Assembly (NCBI GenBank): GCA_963605975.1
Contig: CAVCWN010000256.1
Location: 1-45,141, forward strand
Source: Desulfovibrionaceae bacterium
Lineage (GTDB): Bacteria > Spirochaetota > Spirochaetia > Treponematales > Treponemataceae
Direction of reading: 5' to 3'
Length of the DNA stretch: 45,141 nt
Positions 38,207 to 45,141 of this stretch are shown here, piece after piece. Made by a program: the position numbers and the translations under genes. Positions within the stretch are counted from its first letter, which is position 1; each line of letters begins with the position of its first letter. A model generated the notes under the pieces. The model was not told the DNA's origin and did no database searches. It saw only the letters and a program-made list of their open reading frames with translations.

Positions 38207-39718
38207 GTGAAGAAATTAAAATTTTTATTATGGGCGGTTCCATTTTTTGCCTTTGCAGCAAGTGCCGCCGTGGGCGAAGAGAGTATAGAAAATCTTCTGG
38301 CAGGCTATCTTAAAAATGATTTGACTCTACAAAATTTATCAGCAGAAGTTGCTAAACAAATTTTGAATAATGAGTCTGTTCAAATTTCAAATGGGATGTC
38401 TTTTAAACTTTCCACAGGCAGCGTCACTTTATACACAGGTGACACAACGTACGCAACATTAACACCAAGCGCGTCTTTATCTTTTCCACAATATAATGAT
38501 TTAACATTTTCTCTTTCATCTAAAACTACAGTTGGTTCGAGTGATGCTGGATTTTCAAACACTTCCATCAATGTGCAATCAGATATTATTTCTGAAAAAA
38601 GTGATGACGTCAGCATAAGTCTTTTAAAATCCCAAAGGAATCTTTTGGAAAGTCAGCGTCAGCTTCAAAACAGATTTACATCTGCAGAAAAGGAATTTTA
38701 TTCTAATTTAAAAAGTCTGTATCAACTTGCTGCAGAAATTACAAGTGCAGAAAAAAATCTTTATGAAGACAAACTTTCTTTTGAAGAAATAAAAGCGCTT
38801 GGTTATTCTACAACTTCATCCAAATACAGAAGCGCACAGCTGGAAGTTCTTTCTGACCAGCATACGGTTGATACAAAAAAACACCAACTTGAACGCGAAA
38901 CAAAAATCTTTGCTTCACTCTGCGGAGTTGAATACACTGGCAGTGACGCTGCAACAGATTTTTTGCCGTCAAAAATTCCTAGTGTCGAAGCAATAGATAT
39001 TTTGTCTTTTGCAGAAGAAAATTACACGGAACTTGAAAGCGCTTTGTGGACAAAAAAAATAAATCAAGCGGAACGTGATGCACAAAAAACTTTTTCTTTA
39101 AGTGCAAATGCTGGTTACACTTTTGCAAACTCAAATACAAATACGGGCAATTCAAAAAAAGCAGACACTGTAGATTTAGAAACAAATTTTACTTGGCAAA
39201 ATTCGGGCCTTTCTGCTTCGGCTGGCGTTTCCATTCCGGTCACTTCAGAAAACCATAGCCCAATTTTTACTTTCGCCTTTTCTCTTGATCCAAGAGCTTT
39301 TCAGCAGGCAAAAATTTCTTCTCAAATTGATCAACTGGAATCTGAGCAAGAAGACATTTCCATTCAATCCGCGAAAAAATCTTACCAGACAGCAGTCACA
39401 AGTCAGCAGGCAGAACTTGCAGATATTCAATGGAATAAATCTTCAAACACAGAAACCTACAATCTTTACACTTCTCTTGCAGCCGATTTAAAAAACTGGT
39501 ACAAGCGGGGCATCACGACTGAAAGTGAATGGCGGTCAGCAGAAGTCAACAAAGAAAATTACAGAATTCAACTTTTAATAAATGACATTGATTTAATCAT
39601 TTACAATAACGAAACAACTTTACTCTTTACTCGTGACGAAGAACTTTTAGAAAAGAAAGAGGCTCCGGCTCAGGAAGAAGAAAAATCAGCAGAGGTATTG
39701 CCAAATGAAAAAAATTAA
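38207..39718 (+). CDS. TolC-like outer membrane protein
   Basis: Signal peptide, alternating helix/strand layout, Y..G..T..E motif; heads the MFP-ABC operon. Confidence 0.7.
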   Translation: MKKLKFLLWAVPFFAFAASAAVGEESIENLLAGYLKNDLTLQNLSAEVAKQILNNESVQISNGMSFKLSTGSVTLYTGDTTYATLTPSASLSFPQYNDLTFSLSSKTTVGSSDAGFSNTSINVQSDIISEKSDDVSISLLKSQRNLLESQRQLQNRFTSAEKEFYSNLKSLYQLAAEITSAEKNLYEDKLSFEEIKALGYSTTSSKYRSAQLEVLSDQHTVDTKKHQLERETKIFASLCGVEYTGSDAATDFLPSKIPSVEAIDILSFAEENYTELESALWTKKINQAERDAQKTFSLSANAGYTFANSNTNTGNSKKADTVDLETNFTWQNSGLSASAGVSIPVTSENHSPIFTFAFSLDPRAFQQAKISSQIDQLESEQEDISIQSAKKSYQTAVTSQQAELADIQWNKSSNTETYNLYTSLAADLKNWYKRGITTESEWRSAEVNKENYRIQLLINDIDLIIYNNETTLLFTRDEELLEKKEAPAQEEEKSAEVLPNEKN

Positions 39719-40766
39719 AAAAACTTTTAAAATCGCAATTATTTCTTTTGTTGTCATTTGTTTGATTTTAGCAGGATTATTTATTTCTAAAAAAATTATT
39801 GCTAATCAAAAAAATGCAAACACAACATATCAAGTAACTTCGGAAACTTACGAAAATGTTATTGAAGTTTCGGGCGTCGTTTCTGCCGCACAGGAACAAA
39901 CTTTACAGGCACTGTCAGACGGAACAGTTTTGGGGGTTTATGTAAAGCAAGGCGACTCTGTAAAAAAAGGTGATATCATAATTCAACTTGATGACACTGA
40001 TCAGCAATACGATCTTGCGAAACAGGATTATGACATGGCAACTGTTAGAATTACAGGTTCTACAAGACAGTACCAGTTGATGCAAACACAAAGAAAAGCT
40101 CTTGTGCAAAAAATTGCTGAACGAAAAGTTACGGCAACTTTTGATGGAATAATTGCATCAATTGATGTTGCTGTCGGAGATTCCCTTGAAGCAAAAGATT
40201 CTGTCGGTACCCTGGTTGATGTTTCTTATTTAACTGCTGAAGTTGAAATAGCAGAAACGGATGTTTCAAAACTTCAAGTTGGCCAAAAAGTCCAGCTGAC
40301 TTTTCCTTCGTATGATGGCACTGTTGAAGGTTACATTACAGGCTGGCCCGCAATTGGTGAAGTAACAAGCCGCGGTGCAACAATCGTAAAAGCAAAACTT
40401 CGCATAGATGAATATCCAGAATCAATTTTACCAAATTTTTCTTTTAGTGGAAAAATTGAAATTGCTCCTTCTCAGACATACACGATTGTCAGCCGCTATG
40501 CAGTTGGCAGGACAGACGGACAGGCTTATGTCGTTAAAGCAGGTACTTCTGAAAAAATAAATGTTACAGTTCTTCCATACGATCAAGAGTATGTAAAAAT
40601 AACTGAAGGCAATCTAAAAGAAGGTGACATTCTTATGGCCCAGTCAGCCGCATCAAAATCTGGAACAAAAAGACAAGGTGGAATGGGTGGCATGGGTGGC
40701 CAAAGAAATGGCGGTGGCGGAGGAGGAGCAGGAGGAGCTGGCGGTCCACCACCAGGAGGCTTTTAA
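39705..40766 (+). CDS. Efflux periplasmic adaptor (MacA-like)
   Basis: N-terminal TM, G.V..VYVKQGD.VKKG lipoyl halves, ATFDG.I, E.DV.KL.VGQ. Confidence 0.88.
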   Translation: MKKIKKTFKIAIISFVVICLILAGLFISKKIIANQKNANTTYQVTSETYENVIEVSGVVSAAQEQTLQALSDGTVLGVYVKQGDSVKKGDIIIQLDDTDQQYDLAKQDYDMATVRITGSTRQYQLMQTQRKALVQKIAERKVTATFDGIIASIDVAVGDSLEAKDSVGTLVDVSYLTAEVEIAETDVSKLQVGQKVQLTFPSYDGTVEGYITGWPAIGEVTSRGATIVKAKLRIDEYPESILPNFSFSGKIEIAPSQTYTIVSRYAVGRTDGQAYVVKAGTSEKINVTVLPYDQEYVKITEGNLKEGDILMAQSAASKSGTKRQGGMGGMGGQRNGGGGGGAGGAGGPPPGGF

Positions 40767-41512
40767 TGTCTAAGACAAATGAAAAATCCTCAAAAGAAAA
40801 TTCTGTCATCAACATGCTGCATGTAAAAAAAACATACCTTATGGGCGACACAGAAGTGCATGCTTTGCAAGATGTTTCTTTCAACATTCAGCAGGGAGAA
40901 TTTGTTACCATCATGGGGCCTTCAGGTTCAGGTAAATCGACTTGCATGAATATGATTGGCTGCCTGGATCGGCCGTCAGACGGAATTGTAGAAATAAATG
41001 GTAAAGCAACTGCACAAATGTCTGAAAAGGAACTGGCCCTTTTGCGAAACATGACAGTCGGTTTTGTCTTTCAGCAGTATTTCTTGATTTCTTCAATGAG
41101 TGTTTTAGAAAACGTAATGCTTCCTTTAAGATATTCTGGAATTGAAAAAAGTGAACGCAGAATTCTAGCAAAGGCAGCACTGGAAAAAGTCGGTTTGCTT
41201 GATCGTCTAAATCATTTTCCTCATGAACTTTCTGGCGGACAAAAACAGCGTGTCGCGATTGCAAGGGCAACAGTCACAAAACCAAAAATCATTCTGGCCG
41301 ATGAACCAACCGGTGCCTTGGACAGCGAAACAGGTAAAGCTGTTATGAAACTTTTTCGCGAAATCAACGCAGCAGGGACAACACTTGTTATTGTAACCCA
41401 TGACCCGCGTGTAGGTGCCAGTTCAGACAGGTGTATAAGAATTTTTGACGGAAAAATAGAATCAGATAAAAAACAAATACCTGTTCCTTTTGATCAAAGT
41501 GAGGAAGTGTAA
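40766..41512 (+). CDS. ABC ATPase (MacB/LolD-like)
   Basis: GPSGSGKST, LSGGQKQRVAIARA, ILADEPTGALD, VTHD. Confidence 0.94.
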   Translation: MSKTNEKSSKENSVINMLHVKKTYLMGDTEVHALQDVSFNIQQGEFVTIMGPSGSGKSTCMNMIGCLDRPSDGIVEINGKATAQMSEKELALLRNMTVGFVFQQYFLISSMSVLENVMLPLRYSGIEKSERRILAKAALEKVGLLDRLNHFPHELSGGQKQRVAIARATVTKPKIILADEPTGALDSETGKAVMKLFREINAAGTTLVIVTHDPRVGASSDRCIRIFDGKIESDKKQIPVPFDQSEEV

Positions 41513-42705
41513 TGTTAGAAGATTTTTTAAACGCAATTTCAAATTTCAAGCGAAACAAAATGCGCACCTTCCTTTCACTTTTAGGAATTATTATTGGGGT
41601 AGCATCTGTAATCGTAATCATGAGCATGGGCTCTGCCAGTACAAAACAAATTGAAGACACATTCGGTTCAAATGGATTGGATATGGTTAGCATCAGCGAA
41701 GGTTTTATGCGCAGAAACAGGAGCGCCGTTACTTTAGATTTTAACGATTCTTTCCGCGAAGAAATGTTTGACAAAATTCCAGGCATCAAAAAAATCTGGT
41801 ACAAAAATCAAATATCCGCAACCATTTCTTTTGAAGACACAAGCGCCACTTCTTCATGCTATGCCATCGAAACAGACTACCTTCAAACTTACGGCCTGCA
41901 ACTTGATTACGGAAATTATTTTAACGTAACAGACAACGTCTACGGTACACAAAAAATAATTTTAGGTTCCGAAATTGCTTCCACCCTTTTTCCAAACGGG
42001 AACGCCTGTGGAAAAAATGTAACCCTTGTTACAAATTCTGTTACTTTTAATTTTACCGTTGTTGGAGTTTTAAAAGAACAATCTTCAGGTTTTGAAAACG
42101 CAACAAGCGCTTGCTACATTCCGCGCGGTTTTTATTCAAAACAAATCTCCCCAAATCCTTCTGCAGGAACAATCATGGTTCAGGCAGTTTCAAACGCAAG
42201 GGCAACAGAACTTGTGGATATTCTGGAAGACTATTGTACAGAACTTTCTGGTACTGAAGGTTCAGTTCGTGTTTCGTCCATGCAATCAATGATTGAACAA
42301 ATGAGTTCCATAACTTCTACAATGAGCGTCATGTTAGCTGCCATTGCCGCCATTTCTCTGTTAGTTGGAGGAATTGGAATCATGAACATTATGATTGTAA
42401 CAGTCACCGAACGAAAGCAGGAAATTGGAATTCGCAAAGCTTTGGGTGCAACACCGCGAATTATCAAGCAGCAGTTTCTTGTTGAATCCGCCAGCATAAC
42501 AATCCTAGGTGGCATTATAGGAATTATTTTTGGCATCATCATCAGTCTTGCCGTTGAATACGTTCAGTCCACATCATACATCATCAGCTGGACATCTTGC
42601 ATAATCGCATTTGTTTTTTCTGCATTCGTAGGAATCTTTTTTGGATTAAGTCCGGCTTCTCGAGCAGCAAAACTGGATCCAGTGATTGCACTTTCCGGAG
42701 AATAA
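41512..42705 (+). CDS. ABC permease (MacB/FtsX-like)
   Basis: RTFLSLLGIIIGV, LLVGGIGIMNIM..TVTER..EIGIRKALGA, PA.RAA.LDP. Confidence 0.94.
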   Translation: MLEDFLNAISNFKRNKMRTFLSLLGIIIGVASVIVIMSMGSASTKQIEDTFGSNGLDMVSISEGFMRRNRSAVTLDFNDSFREEMFDKIPGIKKIWYKNQISATISFEDTSATSSCYAIETDYLQTYGLQLDYGNYFNVTDNVYGTQKIILGSEIASTLFPNGNACGKNVTLVTNSVTFNFTVVGVLKEQSSGFENATSACYIPRGFYSKQISPNPSAGTIMVQAVSNARATELVDILEDYCTELSGTEGSVRVSSMQSMIEQMSSITSTMSVMLAAIAAISLLVGGIGIMNIMIVTVTERKQEIGIRKALGATPRIIKQQFLVESASITILGGIIGIIFGIIISLAVEYVQSTSYIISWTSCIIAFVFSAFVGIFFGLSPASRAAKLDPVIALSGE

Positions 42706-42734
42706 TATTTTTGGAATTTTAAAAATTGATTTAA

Positions 42735-42770
42735 GTGAGCCTCTAAAACTTGTAATTTTTAGAGATGCCT
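42735..42770. repeat. Short family D element
   Basis: CTCTAAAA...TTTTAGAGATGCC. Confidence 0.45.
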
Positions 42771-42821
42771 TAAGGCTTTTTCTAAAAAAACAAATGTTAA
42801 CCTACAAAGAAATCCTATAAT

Positions 42822-42860
42822 AAAAAAAGCCGGCAGTAATCAAAAATGCTGTCGGCAAAA
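42822..42860. terminator. Terminator-like hairpin between convergent genes
   Basis: A7-GCCGGCAGTA/TGCTGTCGGC. Confidence 0.55.
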
Positions 42861-42862
42861 TT

Positions 42863-43798
42863 TTATCTTCTTTCAGCCTTACCGCGCGAAATAAAATCCA
42901 TTTTATTTTTTTGTTTTCCAGTAAGTCTTTTAAATCCACCCTTTCCATTATTTGTTACAGGCAAATCTTTTCCCTTTTCGCTTTTACTTTCTTTTATCCT
43001 TTCCAGTTTCCAAACAGGCTTTCGTGGATGACTGTCACCCTTTTCCACATATTCCTTCCACTCAGCAGGTTCTGCCACTTCAAACTTCATGTGTTCCCCT
43101 GTAACTGGATGATCAAATTCCAGTGTCCTTGCATGAAGGGCCAGTCGATGGAAGGGGTCAGTGTTAGCGCGATAATTTTCATCTCCAGCAAGAGGGTATC
43201 CCTTTGACGAAAGGTGAGCCCTAATTTGATTTTTCTTACCAGTGTCCAGTGACAGTTCAAAAAGTGAATGTGTCTTTCCTCTCACAAGTATTTTGTAATT
43301 TGTTCTTGCAGGAACAGTTTTGGCATTATCATTTTCATCATGTTTTACATAACCCACATGATGCGAATTTTGAGCAAGCTCATCATCAATTAAACCGCTT
43401 TCTTCAAGAGCCATTTCTTTTTTGCGCGGATTTTCTGCCACTGCAACATAAAGCCTTTCAGTTACCATTTTGTGCCAAGTCTTCATAATCTTTTTTTGCA
43501 AAGCTTCATTCAAGGCAAACATCATCACACCGCTCGTATCCCTGTCCAAACGATGCACAACATAAGGCTTGTGATTTTTAGAATAAGTCCCTTTCGACCG
43601 CATAATCTTTTCAAGAACTTCTTCAGCCGTCCTAGCCTTACTGCCAGGATAGGCACAAGACAACATTCCACTCGGTTTATTTATAACAACAATATCTTTA
43701 TCCTCATAAAGAATTTCTATTTTTTCCTTTCCATAGTCCGCTTTATGTTCACGCTTTTCCAAAGTGCTCGCCTTAACATGGTGCAAAGTTTCTTTCAT
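42863..43798 (-). CDS. RluA-family pseudouridine synthase
   Basis: INKPSG, VHRLDRDTSG, TGKKNQIRAH, P.AGD..Y, LALHA. Confidence 0.93.
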   Translation of the reverse strand: MKETLHHVKASTLEKREHKADYGKEKIEILYEDKDIVVINKPSGMLSCAYPGSKARTAEEVLEKIMRSKGTYSKNHKPYVVHRLDRDTSGVMMFALNEALQKKIMKTWHKMVTERLYVAVAENPRKKEMALEESGLIDDELAQNSHHVGYVKHDENDNAKTVPARTNYKILVRGKTHSLFELSLDTGKKNQIRAHLSSKGYPLAGDENYRANTDPFHRLALHARTLEFDHPVTGEHMKFEVAEPAEWKEYVEKGDSHPRKPVWKLERIKESKSEKGKDLPVTNNGKGGFKRLTGKQKNKMDFISRGKAERR

Positions 43799-43800
43799 AA

Positions 43801-44109
43801 TCAGCCTTCTTTATTTTTCATACTCTTATTCAGTTTAATATTAAAAATCACAATCAAAATAATAATCACTAGTAAATAAATGATTGCAAAAATTTCTGCC
43901 ACCAGCTTAGTCAATTCATTTCTAAAACAAATGGCCAAAATTCCATAAACAAGCGTAATAATTCCCAAAAGCGAAAAAGTCTTACCCGCACTTTTTGCAA
44001 AAAGATTTTTACTTTTCTTTTGCAGCTTCAAAAAAATTCCGCATCCCAAAAAAACAATTCCCATAAACAAAAAAAGCACCGCTACTAAAATAATCGATTT
44101 CGCCTTCAT
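43801..44109 (-). CDS. Small membrane protein (three TM helices)
   Basis: Three hydrophobic stretches; AGGAG RBS; abuts the RluA gene. Confidence 0.7.
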   Translation of the reverse strand: MKAKSIILVAVLFLFMGIVFLGCGIFLKLQKKSKNLFAKSAGKTFSLLGIITLVYGILAICFRNELTKLVAEIFAIIYLLVIIILIVIFNIKLNKSMKNKEG

Positions 44110-44174
44110 AAAAACTCCTGTAAAACATTTAAAATATATTGAAGGCCTTATTAAATTTCAAGTTTAGTTAATAT

Positions 44175-44317
44175 GGGCGTTGCGCTGTGCTTTGCACATC
44201 GCCGGCAGTTCCGCAGTTCGCTAACGCTCTAAGTCCTCGGCACGCAAATAGCGTGCCTGCGGTCTTTTGACAGCAATTGTTGAAACAATTGCTGTCAACT
44301 GCTCCATTGCCTAACGC
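44175..44317 (-). repeat. Family A repeat, reverse orientation, with inserted hairpins
   Basis: GGGCGT...CTAACGC on +; internal TTGACAGCAATTGTT-GA-AACAATTGCTGTCAA and GGCACGC/GCGTGCC. Confidence 0.65.
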
Positions 44318-44321
44318 AAAA

Positions 44322-45141
44322 TCAAAAGCAATAAAAAAATCCTAAAGAATAAATGTTAGAAAAAATTCCTGGAATATATCCTTCTGCTAAAACTTTAGAA
44401 GAAGCACTTTGTCCAATATCGCAGTTAAAAGTTTTTGCATTATCAGAAGTTTTTAAACATTCATAAGAAAAATAAAGGCCTGCTTTTTTGAAATAAAGTT
44501 TAACTTCAAAAGCAAAAGAAAATCCACCATTCATTTCATCAAAAAATTCCTTGCTCCTAAAGTAGTGACTGTCCAGGCAAGTTGCAAAAATATATGGGAA
44601 AAAATTTAAAGAACTTTCAAAGTAAAAATCTTTTTTGAATTTATAAGTAGAAGTTATTTTAAAGAAAGGCTCAAAAATATTTTGTTCATAAGAAATTCCA
44701 TTTCCAGTAAAATATGTTTTTTCTTCATTGCCTGTAAAACTTTCTCCACTTATAGGGCTTTGCCCATATCCATTCCATGCAGAAAATTTTCTGTGCTGGT
44801 ATTTTATTCCAAAAAATGGCTGTATGGAAAATTTTTCAAAAGTAAAATCATACCCAAAATTTACACAGGCAAAATAGTTATTTTCCAAATGATTTTCATG
44901 TTTTGAAAATTGTGAAATTCCACCCGACAAATAAAAATCCCTGTCTTCCATTGTTCCAAATTTGTTTGGCAAAGAAAAATTTAAATCAATCCCACAAAGA
45001 AAATTGTAAAAAGAAATTTTTTCTTCAAAAGCAAAATCAATATAAAAAGGTATTTTCCATGCTAAGCAACTTACATCAGCATAAGAAGTGGACAATGTTT
45101 CACAAACGCTTCCACCGCTTGCCTTTACAAAAAGAGAAGTT
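44322..45141 (-). CDS. Omptin-like outer membrane beta-barrel, 5' end outside window
   Basis: Frame open to the window edge; S.L.W, G.MED.D, ISYEQ, D.HY.R..F.D; C-terminal Phe. Confidence 0.7.
   Translation of the reverse strand, partial: TSLFVKASGGSVCETLSTSYADVSCLAWKIPFYIDFAFEEKISFYNFLCGIDLNFSLPNKFGTMEDRDFYLSGGISQFSKHENHLENNYFACVNFGYDFTFEKFSIQPFFGIKYQHRKFSAWNGYGQSPISGESFTGNEEKTYFTGNGISYEQNIFEPFFKITSTYKFKKDFYFESSLNFFPYIFATCLDSHYFRSKEFFDEMNGGFSFAFEVKLYFKKAGLYFSYECLKTSDNAKTFNCDIGQSASSKVLAEGYIPGIFSNIYSLGFFYCF

Noticed and set aside
40672..40763. Gly-rich tail of the efflux adaptor
   Set aside because: Low-complexity tails are common on such adaptors; no exact DNA repeat
1..45141. DGR reverse transcriptase, avd or AAC-rich template repeat
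   Set aside because: No RT-like ORF and no second copy of the VR found by eye on either strand

Overview
AT-rich bacterial chromosome segment. Gene content (M23-bactofilin-YaaR-PSP1 cluster, spirochaete-type lipoproteins, omptin, FGE-domain surface protein) suggests a gut/rumen Treponema; this is inferred, not checked by search. Left to right: oxidative-stress cluster (rubrerythrin, superoxide reductase, PerR/Fur), Zn peptidase, yhbY, mtnN-luxS, DUF1538 + tandem P-II, ppdK, M23/bactofilin/YaaR/PSP1, methyltransferase, TPR lipoprotein, serine hydrolase, sugar ABC operon with YesL, a three-gene surface-protein cassette, AAA/PD-(D/E)XK gene, two acyltransferases, pyrE with a BtuFCD/FecBCDE-like ABC importer, nnr, TolC-MacAB-like exporter, RluA and a partial omptin. 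The main signal is at 26008-28394: a disrupted gene ending in an FGE/CLec-fold domain whose last ~50 codons look like a diversity-generating retroelement (DGR) variable repeat, followed by a GC-rich stem-loop. I see no reverse transcriptase or template repeat in the window, so it looks like a remote DGR target. Other points: a candidate ~60-nt sRNA with an anti-Shine-Dalgarno loop, an ACG/ATT start for luxS, six apparently leaderless genes and four families of structured intergenic repeats. No rRNA, tRNA or CRISPR array seen.
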